64,000 nucleotides of DNA from Acidobacteriota bacterium (GCA_965263035.1 OZ253580.1:160001-224000); one strand, 5' to 3'; shown: positions 1 to 11,086, counted from the stretch's first letter. Numbers and translations are program-made. The notes: generated by a model from the letters alone, not told the origin.

Positions 1-1
1 G

Positions 2-730
2 CTTTCAGAGAGCGAAGCGCAATACCCCCAGATGACCCGGATGCACGAGGCGTCGTCGCTCGGGAGTATTGAGGAGGTCGTGGCCTGGAGCGGACACACG
101 CCGGTCGGCTCGGGACCGTCCTTAATAAACGGAACTATTTCTCTCTTGCCGCCGCCTGACAGTCAGATATCCAAAGACAGCATCGAGACAGTGGTCCTGC
201 GACGTGGATCAACACGGCAGTTCGACCGGGTGTCGATAGAGGCCAAGCAGTTAGGGACAATGCTCCACTGTGCGACGCGGGGCATTCGGGCGGACTTTCT
301 CTCTCGCTTCGGTTCGTTCCTGAACGACGTTTATCTGATCGTGAACGCCGTGGACGGAATCAAACCCGGCGCGTATGTGTACCATCATGAAGAGAACAAG
401 CTGGAGCTTTTGAAGGAAGGGGATTTCCGTGGCGTGGCCTCACACCTGGGGTTGGACCAATCGCTTCCCGGCGACGCCAGTATCGCCGTCTTCTTTTTGG
501 CGGACCTCGCCCCAATTCTCCGGCGGTTTGGAAACCGCGGATACCGTGCTGTGCAGCTTGAAGCCGGGATCCTCGGTGGGAAACTCTACCTGGGGGCCTA
601 CGCCCAGCGTCTCGGCGCGACGGGACTCACCTTCTACGACGACGAAGTCATCGAGTTCTTCTCACCCCACGCCGCCGGCAAGAGTGCAATCTTCTTGATG
701 GCGCTGGGCAAGAGCGTCAAGCGCGGTTAG
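2..730 (+). CDS. SagB/ThcOx-type nitroreductase-family dehydrogenase (5'-truncated by window edge)
   Basis: Frame is open from base 2. Motifs RRGSTRQF, GAYVY, GNRGYRAVQLEAGILGGKLYLGAYAQRLGATGLTFYDD. Confidence 0.8.
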   Translation, partial: LSESEAQYPQMTRMHEASSLGSIEEVVAWSGHTPVGSGPSLINGTISLLPPPDSQISKDSIETVVLRRGSTRQFDRVSIEAKQLGTMLHCATRGIRADFLSRFGSFLNDVYLIVNAVDGIKPGAYVYHHEENKLELLKEGDFRGVASHLGLDQSLPGDASIAVFFLADLAPILRRFGNRGYRAVQLEAGILGGKLYLGAYAQRLGATGLTFYDDEVIEFFSPHAAGKSAIFLMALGKSVKRG

Positions 731-782
731 TTCGAGCAATACGAAAGGTCGTTCAAATCTTCCGCCACGCCGGACGGCGGAC

Positions 783-1082
783 TTGAACATCCTGAAGGCC
801 CTGAAGCGCTCCACCCTGGGCCTGGACCTGTACATGTGGATCTCCTACCGGACCTTCATCTTGAAGAAGCCGGTGATGTTGCGCTGGCGTGATCTCTACC
901 GCCAGTTCGGGGCGCACCCGTCCCAAGCGCGCGACAAGCGCACTGTCGATGCCTTTCGCACGAAGTGTCTCCGAGAGCTAAAGAAGATTGAGGAGGCGTG
1001 GACGGGCTTGAACTACGGGCTGGCGAGGGGTGTCCTCATTGTCGAGCCATCAACCCCGTCAATTCCCTCCCTCACCCAATAG
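783..1082 (+). pseudogene. Plasmid-type replication initiator RepA, C-terminal fragment
   Basis: ALKRSTLGLDLYMWISYRTF...LYRQFG...FRTKCLRELKKIEEAW resembles the RepA_C C-terminus. Only 99 aa, no N-terminal part. Confidence 0.6.
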
Positions 1083-1164
1083 GCTACGCACATTTTCCAC
1101 AGCACCTAGAAACTTTTCCACGGACAAACGGGTAGACTTCTTACAAGTAGTTAAGAGCATCTAG

Positions 1165-1323
1165 GAGCCTGCACTGCAGAAATCGATCTACTGCGAAAGC
1201 GGTAGAATCGGTCCATATTTCCCCGATTTCTCGGCGAATAGAACAACTATGCACCTCCAAATCGAGAAAATCTGGCCTCGATTCCCCACTTTCTCGCTAC
1301 GATCATTTCTACCGCGCAGACTC
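1165..1323 (+). mobile_element. MITE family A copy 1 (159 bp)
   Basis: Ends GAGCCTGCACTGCAGAAA ... TTTCTACCGCGCAGACTC, with CTAG at 1161-1164 and 1324-1327. Near-identical to four other copies. Confidence 0.93.
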
Positions 1324-1326
1324 CTA

Positions 1327-2545
1327 GTACCTAATAACACTTAAAGTTTCGGGTACAGGCTCTTCAGCTTGATCCGTGCATCCTCCGTCTTGAATTGCCA
1401 GTTGATCTCGGTTTGCCGTTGATTCCGATCGCCGACCCACGCCTCGATCTCGCGTTGCATCTGGGCCTAGCTTGGAATGCGGCGGTCGAGGCATTGTCCG
1501 CACAGCGTGCTCAGTTCGATTTCCGCAATGTTGAGCCAACTCCCGTGCTTCGGCGTGTAATGGATTTCGAGTCGTTCCGCCAGTTGGCGAGCGTGTCGGG
1601 GCTCGTAGGTCGCGTACAGCGATTCGATTCCGTGCGTGTTCAGGTTGTCCATGACCAGGACCACCCGCTCGGCCTCCGGATATCGCCTCTCCAGCATGCC
1701 TTCGATCCAGCGGGCCCAATCCTGGCGCGTACGCCGCTCGCCCGCCTCCACATGGCTGCGGCCGGTCAGCGGCTCCACCTCCAGGAAGATCTGCGCGACC
1801 CCGTTGCGCACGTACTCGTGCTCGATCCGCTCCGGCTGGCCCGGCTCCACGGGCAGCGGCTCCCGCACTTCGCCGATCAACTGCTTGTGGGTCTCATCCA
1901 TGCAGACCACCGGCCGACGGGGATGGTAGGCACGGGCATAGACTTCCAAAACGTCCTCCATGCAGGCTACGAATGCGGCGCTGCCCCGCGGCGGGATCCG
2001 CCAATACTTCTTCCGATGAGGCTGCAGTTGGTTTTTTTTAGCGTCCGCTGCACCGTCATCACCGACACCCGCTCGACCCAGCCCAGTTCCACTACTTTCT
2101 CCGCCAGCAGGCGCAGGGTCCAGCGCTTCCGCCCCGGCGGGGCCTGGGAACAGGCCAAGGCGACCAAGCGAGCCTCGAACACGCCGTCGAAGATGACTTC
2201 CCGCGGCGGCCGCACCCGCCGCTTGCGCTCCAAGGCGAACTCCAGACCCTGCTCCACAAACCGCCGTTTCAAGCGCTCGACCGTGCGGACTGAGACGCCC
2301 AGCGCCTCGGCCACCCGGGCCACGGTCCATCCCGGCCCCTCCGACCCGCGGTCGCACAACAATAGAGCCCGTGCGTACAGGAACCGCTTGCCGGTGGTCT
2401 TGGTCGCGGCCCGGGTCAATGCCTTCAATTCCGAGCGCTCTTCCACAGTGAGCGTGACACGATAGCGTGGTGCCATGAGAACCCCTCCTTCCGAGTTCTC
2501 CAGCCTCCTACTATAGTATACGACCAATTACATGTTATGGGGTAC
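1327..2545 (-). mobile_element. IS630-family insertion sequence
   Basis: Imperfect TIRs GTACCTAATAACA / GTACCCCATAACA, flanked by TA within CTAG on both sides. Encodes an IS630 transposase. Confidence 0.9.
1341..2476 (-). pseudogene. IS630 transposase (-1 frameshift, premature amber stop)
   Basis: HTH ORF from ATG 2476 (MAPRYRVTL). A8 slippery run at 2032-2039. DDE ORF (CMDE, VMDNLNTH, TPKHGSWLNIAEIE) has an in-frame TAG at 1467-1469, and the frame continues AQMQREIEAW...KLKSLYPKL to TAA at 1341. Confidence 0.88.
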
Positions 2546-2573
2546 TAGTTAGTTACAAGTAATCGGAGCGGGG

Positions 2574-2711
2574 TCGCTTTTTGAGCGAGCCAATAGGGCA
2601 GGTCGTTAATCCCGGACCCTTGCCGCCCTTCAGGACACGCTGCTCCCCAGGGTCATGTCCGGCGAAATCCGCTTGGCCGAGGCCGAACAGGCGATGGAGG
2701 CTGAGGCATGA
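2574..2711 (+). pseudogene. hsdS: Type I restriction-modification specificity subunit C-terminal remnant
   Basis: Translates LFERANRAGR*SRTLAALQDTLLPRVMSGEIRLAEAEQAMEAEA*, typical of HsdS C-termini. TGA overlaps the next ATG (ATGA). Confidence 0.7.
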
Positions 2712-3538
2712 GGTCTCTGACGGACATTGAGAAGCGCTATTTCGAGAAGCTGTTCGGCATGGGTAGCGGCTATGTGCTCGATTTCTCCGACGCCACTTTT
2801 GGCGAGTTCTTCGGACGGCACAACGTCGATATCCACGGGCGCAAGTATCAGACCTTCGGAACATCCAAGGCGAAGAAGCTTCGCGCCTTTTGGGGATCGG
2901 AACCCGATCGGCTGGTTGGAGCCGTGCTCTCTGAGATGCTGGATTCCTATGTGGCCGACTGCGAGCTCAATGGCAGGGACATGGACGGAGCTTTGCTGGA
3001 GAAAGCGCGTGGCATCGTTGGCCGCATAACCGGTCGATCTGTCGTCCTCAACTCTGCCATGAAGGAAAGAGAGTTCTTGGACCGCGAGTTCACTATTCCA
3101 AGCATCCAGAAGTTGCCGGTCGACGTGCAGGTCGCACCGATCGTCGAAGCGCGGCTCAACGAGGCCCGCGTAGCGCTTGGCGCCGGTGCCCATCTGTCTG
3201 TGATTTTCCTGTGCGGTAGCGTTCTGGAAGCCGTGCTGCTTGGCGCGGCTCAGCAGGCCCCAGCAAGCTTCAATCAGGCGAGTGCGGCGCCGAAAACGGC
3301 GAATGGATCGCCGAAACGCTTTCACGAATGGGGCCTCGCCCAGCTGATCGACGTCGCGTGCGAGGTCGGCGTCCTGAAGCTCGACATCAAGAAGTTCAGT
3401 CACGGGTTGCGAGACTTCCGAAACTACATCCACCCTTATCAGCAATTGATCTCGGGGTTTACGCCGGACGAACACACCGCCAAGGTCTACTTCCAGGTTC
3501 TCAAAGCGGCGTTGGCAAGCCTGACAGGAGAGCGCTAA
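2708..3538 (+). CDS. Putative abortive-infection / HEPN-like protein
   Basis: N-terminal GYVLDFSDATFGEFF...GTSKAKKLRAFW module. C-terminal helical domain with GSVLEAVL and LRDFRNYIHP (HEPN-like R..H motif). Confidence 0.6.
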   Translation: MRSLTDIEKRYFEKLFGMGSGYVLDFSDATFGEFFGRHNVDIHGRKYQTFGTSKAKKLRAFWGSEPDRLVGAVLSEMLDSYVADCELNGRDMDGALLEKARGIVGRITGRSVVLNSAMKEREFLDREFTIPSIQKLPVDVQVAPIVEARLNEARVALGAGAHLSVIFLCGSVLEAVLLGAAQQAPASFNQASAAPKTANGSPKRFHEWGLAQLIDVACEVGVLKLDIKKFSHGLRDFRNYIHPYQQLISGFTPDEHTAKVYFQVLKAALASLTGER

Positions 3539-3687
3539 TGATCCGCGTCCCCGTAAACCCTGGCCTTCTCCGTTGGGCGCGCGAGCGCTCCCGGATCGCG
3601 CATGAATACTTGGAGGACACCATCGTTGCGTGCGATCAATCCTTGTCAGTAGCCGGCTTGGGGTGGCAGCGTCCGGAGGTTCCGTAA
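3538..3687 (+). pseudogene. XRE-HTH/ImmA-IrrE family protein N-terminal fragment
   Basis: MIRVPVNPGLLRWARERS is a typical start of HTH-ImmA/IrrE proteins. Similarity is lost after about 25 codons. Confidence 0.5.
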
Positions 3688-3788
3688 TGTCCCGGCTTCG
3701 CCGCCCAGACAGCGCTGGAAAAGCCTGGGAAATCTGGGGGTCAGGAGCGTAATCTAGGGTACGATAAAGTGCAATTATCGTGCTCTAG

Positions 3789-3947
3789 GAGTCTGCGCGG
3801 TAGGAATGATCGTAGCGAGAAAGCGGGGAATCGAGGCCAGATTTTCTCGATTTTGAGGTGCATAGTCGTTCTATTCGCCGAGAAATCGGGGAAATATGGA
3901 CCGATTCTACCGCTTTCGCAGTAGATCAATTTCTGCCGCGCAGGCTC
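3789..3947 (-). mobile_element. MITE family A copy 2 (159 bp, inverted)
   Basis: Reverse complement of copy 1. CTAG duplication at 3785-3788 and 3948-3951. Confidence 0.93.
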
Positions 3948-3952
3948 CTAGT

Positions 3953-4225
3953 ATGACCGATCAGAAGATCGCCCTCAAAACCCCGGCCGCGGCGGCCGAA
4001 ACCGACCTCCAGACGGCCTTCCCGGCTCTGCTCGTGCGCGCCGGCCGGGCCGCCTGCTTTGCGGCCGATGAGTTCTTCTCCGCTCAGATCTCGAACCCAC
4101 ACACCCGGCGAGCCTACGCCCGGGCCGTCAGTGAGTTTTTGGCCTGGTGCGAGGCCCAGGGACTCGAGCTGCGGCAAGTCACGCCCGGAACCGCCGGCCG
4201 TTTCATCGACCGTGAGAAAACCTGA
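3953..4225 (+). pseudogene. Tyrosine recombinase/integrase N-terminal fragment
   Basis: EFFSAQISNPHTRRAYARAVSEFLAWCE matches the integrase SAM-like N-domain. No catalytic domain. Confidence 0.7.
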
Positions 4226-4229
4226 AGAC

Positions 4230-4261
4230 AAAAAAAGAGGGATCCGGCCGGACCCCTCTTT
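4230..4261 (-). terminator. Intrinsic terminator of groESL
   Basis: Hairpin AAGAGGGATCCGG/CCGGACCCCTCTT followed by a T-run on the minus strand, 29 bp past the groEL stop. Confidence 0.75.
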
Positions 4262-4289
4262 CTGATATCGCAGGGATGGCTTCCCCGGC

Positions 4290-5948
<1,659 letters not shown>

Positions 5949-5995
5949 CTAAAGAATTGTGGGGATCGTTGCTGTTTGCGGCGATACGGGCCGGA

Positions 5996-6307
5996 TCAGG
6001 CACTGGCGGCGGCCGCCTTGCCTTCCAGGATGCCCAGGACTTCGTCCTCGCGCATGATCAGGTATTCCTCGTCGTCGAGGGTGACCTCGGTTCCGGCGTA
6101 CTTCCCGAACAGGATCCGGTCGCCGACCTTGACCGACATGGGCTGAAGCTGGCCGCTGTCGAGCACCTTGCCGTCACCGATCGCTACCACCTCACCCTCC
6201 TGGGGCTTCTCCTTCGCCGTATCGGGAATCACGATGCTCCCGCGGAATGCTTCTTCCGACTCGATGCGTCTGATCAGTATCCGGTCCTGCAATGGCCTGA
6301 TTGACAT
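5996..6307 (-). CDS. groS: Co-chaperonin GroES
   Basis: MSIRPLQDRILI...IPDTAKEKPQEGEVVAIG. SD GAGGAGG upstream of ATG 6307. Confidence 0.98.
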   Translation of the reverse strand: MSIRPLQDRILIRRIESEEAFRGSIVIPDTAKEKPQEGEVVAIGDGKVLDSGQLQPMSVKVGDRILFGKYAGTEVTLDDEEYLIMREDEVLGILEGKAAAASA

Positions 6308-6384
6308 CAGTACCCTCCTCTTCAATCGTGTATCGCTGTTTTCAGGTTCCAGACCTCAAACCGCTCGAGGTCTGATTTCTCTGG

Positions 6385-6411
6385 CTGGCACTACCTCTAG
6401 TAGAGTGCCAA
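6385..6411 (-). promoter_or_regulatory. CIRCE operator (HrcA site)
   Basis: Minus strand TTGGCACTC-N9-TAGTGCCAG versus consensus TTAGCACTC-N9-GAGTGCTAA, upstream of groES. Confidence 0.85.
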
Positions 6412-6441
6412 ATTATAGGACCCCAACCCGCGCCAAGTCAA
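6412..6441 (-). promoter_or_regulatory. Sigma70-type promoter of groESL
   Basis: TTGACT (6441-6436)-N18-TATAAT (6417-6412), abutting CIRCE. Confidence 0.75.
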
Positions 6442-6649
6442 GGAAGGCCGACTGCAGCGAGCCCCGCTGGCCGGGACCCGGGTGCTGGAGGTGCCTTCGC
6501 TAAGTCCTCAGCAGGCCTCCCTGTGGAAGAACGAGGCGCTACGGTCGCTGCTTCGTGAGATCGGAACTCAATGACCGTGGCTTCTCCTCTCTGAGGGGGA
6601 GTGACCCGCCCCGGCCATCCGGGCACGGGATCCTCAAAGAGGCAGTGTA

Positions 6650-6942
6650 TCAGCCGTCCAGGATGTCTCTTGACGTCTTGCCAGTTGGTGGTTTGTCCGC
6701 CGGCGTTATGAACTCCGGAGGAGTAGACAGGGGGTTGCCCGGTGACCAGAGTTCCAGGCTTTCGGCATGCGCCTCATAGTAGGCCGGATCGGTCGCCACC
6801 CGGACGGGTTCGTTCATGCCCAGTTTGAGCACACTGTATTCGCACTTCCCCTGCGGTTGGACCTCGAAGCCGGGCGGCATGAGATCGGGCGATCCGATCA
6901 CCCGGTCGAGGTCCTCCATAGTTCAGCTTCTGCGTGTTCTTG
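6650..6942 (-). pseudogene. C-terminal fragment of a large (probably SNF2-type) helicase
   Basis: VRVATDPAYYEAHAESLELWSPGNPL resembles helicase C-termini I recognise. The 5' side abuts MITE C. Confidence 0.4.
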
Positions 6943-6946
6943 CTAG

Positions 6947-7055
6947 GAGGCTGTCCGAGAACTCGAAAAATCATAGTTTTTGAAAACTTAACCCTTTATA
7001 AATCAATAGTTTACAAACAAGACTTTTTGAAAATAGTCTATTCTCGGACAGCCTC
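6947..7055. mobile_element. MITE family C (109 bp)
   Basis: Perfect 15-bp TIR GAGGCTGTCCGAGAA/TTCTCGGACAGCCTC. CTAG duplicated at 6943-6946 and 7056-7059. AT-rich interior. Confidence 0.88.
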
Positions 7056-7301
7056 CTAGTGCGATGGTCTCAGCACATTGGGAATGTTGGTCCCGTTCAT
7101 TTCTCCTGCCTAGATAGGTCGGCCCGTACTGGATTGTACTTGGCCTATAGTTGAAGGCCTATCCTGCGATCGATTCGGTTCATTCACGCCCCCGACATTC
7201 ATCTGAATAGCCTCTGAGGGGCCCACCGGGTCAGGAGATCAGGGCGCGTGCCGACTCCATCGGTCCTGAATCCGATAGAACGTGAATGGGTCCACACCGA
7301 A

Positions 7302-7795
7302 GAAGTTTTGTTTCTCATCAGCGTTGAACCCGGGCACCGGATCCTGACGCTGGTCGGGAAGTAGGACGTGAAGGGCCGGCGATTTCCCGCATCCTGGCGT
7401 TTCGAGGCGGATGTGTGCGTGCCGGACGTGGACGGGCTTCGGATTCCACTATGGGATTCAGTCTGCCTGTTGACGTGTGCCGTTGATCCGGCCCGTCCCT
7501 GGAAGGGCATGGGACCCTTGGAGATTGCGGATCAAACCGGGTCCCTGGGCGGCGACTTGGCCCTAGTGGAGACGACGGCGGCGGGCTTTGGGGAGGGCCG
7601 GGGCACGGTACCTCAGAAGGACTGGATACCGCCCCGGCTAGGACCGGAACTACCGGAGGGATTTTGTATGCTTCGAGAGGACCTGAGCCGGTCGGTCCTG
7701 GCGGCGTGCGGAACTCCTCCGAGTTTGTTTCTCGATGCAGGCGGGACACCTTAAAGGGAGGCAATGAGGCGCTGGCTACGTCTGGACTTCTGGCA
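7302..7795 (+). pseudogene. Degenerate phage/satellite portal-like gene
   Basis: LVETTAAGFGEGRG..PQKDW.P.RLGP...SRSVLAACGTPPSLF, then REAMRRWL in a shifted frame. In-frame TAG at 7362. Adjacent to the tRNA 3' end. Confidence 0.4.
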
Positions 7796-7899
7796 GGTGG
7801 GTAGCCGAGCGCTCGACATCACTTCTGATATTAAAAGTGATGATATTTTTCCTGCAATCCTAAAATATTATTCATTTCTAGTAATTTAGAAACATGGAT

Positions 7900-7995
7900 T
7901 GGCGGAGGAGGTGGGATTCGAACCCACGTGCCCGGCTCATCACCGGACAACCCGATTTCGAGTCGGGCCCGGTACGTCCACTTCGGTACTCCTCC
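7900..7995 (-). tRNA. tRNA-Ser(CGA)
   Basis: Acceptor GGAGGAG/CTCCTCC-GCCA, anticodon arm CCCGA-CTCGAAA-TCGGG, long variable arm, T-arm GTGGG-TTCGAAT-CCCAC. Confidence 0.96.
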
Positions 7996-8191
7996 GCCGC
8001 TCATTAGAGCCAATCCGGCGGCTCCAAGTCAAGGAATTGGACCCCACCCGAGCGGCAGTCCAGCTCGCTCCCGCCGCGGTTGGGGAGTGGTATAGTAGGG
8101 AGCGTCCAGAGACCCTCGGCGGCGGGATCCACCCGGATTCCGGCCCTCGAAACGGGACTCCGGCCTCCTCTCCGAGACGGCGGGTTCATTC

Positions 8192-9835
8192 ATGAGCTAC
8201 GTGGTTCTGGCACGGAAATGGCGCCCTCAGACCTTCGATGAGATCGCGGGCCAGGAAACGGTCACCCGGGCGCTCAGGAACTCCCTCCGTAGTGGCCGCA
8301 TCGCCCATGCCTTCCTCTTTTCGGGAGTGCGGGGAGTGGGAAAGACCACCACGGCCCGGATCCTGGCCAAAGCCCTCAACTGCGAGAAGGGACCCACCGA
8401 CGAGCCTTGCTCCAAATGCGTTTCCTGCACCGAGATCGCCGCGGCCAACAGCCTGGACGTTCTGGAGATCGACGCTGCCTCCAACACCGGCGTGGACAAC
8501 ATTCGGGAACTGCGCGAGAGCGCCCGCTACACACCGGCCCGGGACCGCTTCAAGATCTACATCATCGATGAGGTCCACATGCTCTCCAACGCGGCCTTCA
8601 ACGCCTTGCTCAAGACCCTGGAGGAGCCGCCGGCTCATGTGAAGTTCATCCTGGCCACGACGGAGCACGCCAAGATCCCCGTCACCATCACCTCCCGCTG
8701 CCAGGAATACGCCCTCAAACCCATCCCCTTCGTTCTGATCCTGGAGCACCTGAAACGGATCTGTGCCAGCGAGGAGATCGAGATCAGCGACTACGGCCTG
8801 AGGGCCGTCTCCTCGGCCGCCGAGGGCAGCATGCGCGACGGTCAGTCGATTCTGGAGCAGCTCACCTCCCTTTCCGGGAAACAAGTTTCCGACGAGGACG
8901 TTCGCGTGCTGCTGGGAGTGGTCGACGAGAAACTCGTGGCCGGGCTGGTGGACTGCATTCAAGAGCGAGACGCCCCGGCCCTGCTGCAGCGGATGCAGGA
9001 TGCCGTCGAGTCCGGGATCGATCCACGGAATCTGGCGGGCCGGATGTTGGCCCACGTCCGAAACCTCATGGTCTTTCAGGTCAGTGGTTGGGAAGAACGA
9101 CTGCTCCAGCTCCCCGACAGCCAGAAGGAGGTGGTGACTCGGCAGGCAGCGGGTTTTTCGACTCCCGACCTGATCCGGTTCTTCGACGTTCTCACCCGAT
9201 GCGAGGGAGAGATGCGGTGGCACCCCAATCCAGGGCTCCACCTGGAAATGGCCTTCATGAAGCTCATCGAGCTGGCCGGACTCCCCCGGCTGGAGAGCGT
9301 CCTGGAGCAACTCGAATCGGGACGTTTCCAGGCGGTCGCAAGCACACCCGATAAACCTCCGGAGAACCCGGCTCTGTTTGCGAGCCGCCCCACTTCCCCC
9401 AGATCTACCGGCACGGTGAATCGCCCGCCGGGGCCCGCCCGGCCCGTCTCCGCACCCGCCCCCGAACCGGCCCGGTCCGAACCTGTCCAACACCGGCAGG
9501 GGTTCCGGGAACGGCTCCTGGCCGCGGTCCAGGACAGGGCGCCGGGACTCTACTCATCGTTGCTGCACTCCACGGACAGCCAGGTTCAGGACGGAAATCT
9601 GATCGTCGTCTTCCCCGCCTCCGAGCAGGTCCTTGCCGGCGTGGTGCAGGACAAGGCACAGCTCCTCGGCGAGCTCTCGGAACAACTGACAGGATCCCCC
9701 TGTAAGCTTCAGATCCGGTTCGAAGACACCCAGCCGGCGAGGAAGGATGAGGAAGAGGACCCCATGGAGAACCCCAAGGTCAAGGCCTTTCTGAAGCGGT
9801 TTCCGGGCAAGGTGATCGTGGAACGCGGCCCCTAG
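8192..9835 (+). CDS. dnaX: DNA polymerase III subunit gamma/tau
   Basis: MSYVVLARKWRPQTF, Walker A GVRGVGKTT, zinc cysteines, IIDEVHML. Confidence 0.98.
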   Translation: MSYVVLARKWRPQTFDEIAGQETVTRALRNSLRSGRIAHAFLFSGVRGVGKTTTARILAKALNCEKGPTDEPCSKCVSCTEIAAANSLDVLEIDAASNTGVDNIRELRESARYTPARDRFKIYIIDEVHMLSNAAFNALLKTLEEPPAHVKFILATTEHAKIPVTITSRCQEYALKPIPFVLILEHLKRICASEEIEISDYGLRAVSSAAEGSMRDGQSILEQLTSLSGKQVSDEDVRVLLGVVDEKLVAGLVDCIQERDAPALLQRMQDAVESGIDPRNLAGRMLAHVRNLMVFQVSGWEERLLQLPDSQKEVVTRQAAGFSTPDLIRFFDVLTRCEGEMRWHPNPGLHLEMAFMKLIELAGLPRLESVLEQLESGRFQAVASTPDKPPENPALFASRPTSPRSTGTVNRPPGPARPVSAPAPEPARSEPVQHRQGFRERLLAAVQDRAPGLYSSLLHSTDSQVQDGNLIVVFPASEQVLAGVVQDKAQLLGELSEQLTGSPCKLQIRFEDTQPARKDEEEDPMENPKVKAFLKRFPGKVIVERGP

Positions 9836-9918
9836 GAATCCGCATGTAATCTGGTCGGGGATGCGCTCGGTCCAATCCCTTGGCGCTTCGATTCGCCGGC
9901 TCACAGGAGTGAATGCGC

Positions 9919-10218
9919 ATGAAGATGCGAAGAAAGAACATCAAGGGCCTGATGAGACAGGCTCAGCAGATGCAGGAGCAGTTGCAGCAACAGATGCTTC
10001 AGACCCGCGTGGAGGCCACCAGTGGCGGCGGCGCCGTCCACGTCGTCATGGACGGATCCAAGAAGATGCACTCCATCCGCATCGATCCGGATGCCGTGGA
10101 CCCGGATGACGTGGAGATGCTGCAGGATCTAGTCCTGGCTGCCGTCAACGAAGCGGGACGCAAGGTCGATGAGATGATGAGTTCCCAGGTCAGCAGTCTG
10201 ACCGGCGGAATTCTTTGA
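9919..10218 (+). CDS. ybaB: YbaB/EbfC nucleoid-associated protein
   Basis: QAQQMQ...SGGGAV...DVEMLQDLVLAAVNEA. dnaX-ybaB-recR synteny. Confidence 0.95.
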   Translation: MKMRRKNIKGLMRQAQQMQEQLQQQMLQTRVEATSGGGAVHVVMDGSKKMHSIRIDPDAVDPDDVEMLQDLVLAAVNEAGRKVDEMMSSQVSSLTGGIL

Positions 10219-10241
10219 CCCGCATCTCACTGGGAGAAGCC

Positions 10242-10844
10242 ATGAACACCCACCGCCCGGACCCCATCAACAGACTCGTCGACGAGTTGAAGCGCCTGCC
10301 CGGCATCGGCCCCAAATCGGCGCAACGGCTGGTCTTCCACCTGATTCGTAAGCCCGACTCCGAATGCGACCGGCTCGCCCAGGCCATTGGAGATCTCAAG
10401 CGCAGCCTGGTGTTCTGCTCCGTATGCAACCACATCGGCGGTGCCGATCCCTGCTCCATCTGCAAGCAGGCCAATCGAGACCGAGAAACCATTTGTGTTG
10501 TGGAGGAGCCCTTCAACGTGCTCTCCATCGAGAAGACGGGTCAATACCGGGGCCTCTACCACGTGCTCCACGGCGCCATCTCTCCCATCAATGGAATCGG
10601 CCCCGAGGACCTCAAATTGAGGAACCTCTTCGAACGCTTTCGCGACGGCGAGGTCAAGGAGGTCATCGTAGCCACCAACCCCACTAACGAAGGCGAGGCC
10701 ACCGCGCTCTATCTCTCCAAGCTCATCAAACCCCTGGAGATCCGAGTCTCCCGAATCGCGCTCGGCATCCCCATGGGAAGCGATCTGGAGTACACCGACC
10801 AGTTGACCCTGACCCGGGCATTGTCCGGGCGCCAGGCTCTTTGA
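10242..10844 (+). CDS. recR: Recombination mediator RecR
   Basis: LPGIGPKSAQRL, C4 zinc finger, Toprim ATNPTNEGEATA. Confidence 0.98.
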   Translation: MNTHRPDPINRLVDELKRLPGIGPKSAQRLVFHLIRKPDSECDRLAQAIGDLKRSLVFCSVCNHIGGADPCSICKQANRDRETICVVEEPFNVLSIEKTGQYRGLYHVLHGAISPINGIGPEDLKLRNLFERFRDGEVKEVIVATNPTNEGEATALYLSKLIKPLEIRVSRIALGIPMGSDLEYTDQLTLTRALSGRQAL

Positions 10845-11086
10845 CCGCCTTCCCTTCGCCGACTGGCGAAGAGCCCTTTTCCCTCATCTGCGCAGGGACC
10901 CGGTAGAAATACATCCTAACCCGGCGTAGCCGGAACCGAGATTGCTTCGCCGGAGCGGCGGCTTTCTGCCGCCGACTCTTCATTTGGCCGCGCCTGGCTC
11001 CGATACAGACCGAAGAGGTCACCCACAAGGGACGCTCCTACGAAAAATCCTTCGTCCAATTGCACAGGATTTTGAGGGTACGGGCC

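Noticed and set aside
2-730. SagB-type gene as evidence of a RiPP (TOMM) cluster
   Set aside because: No YcaO or precursor peptide gene is visible in the window, and the upstream context is missing.
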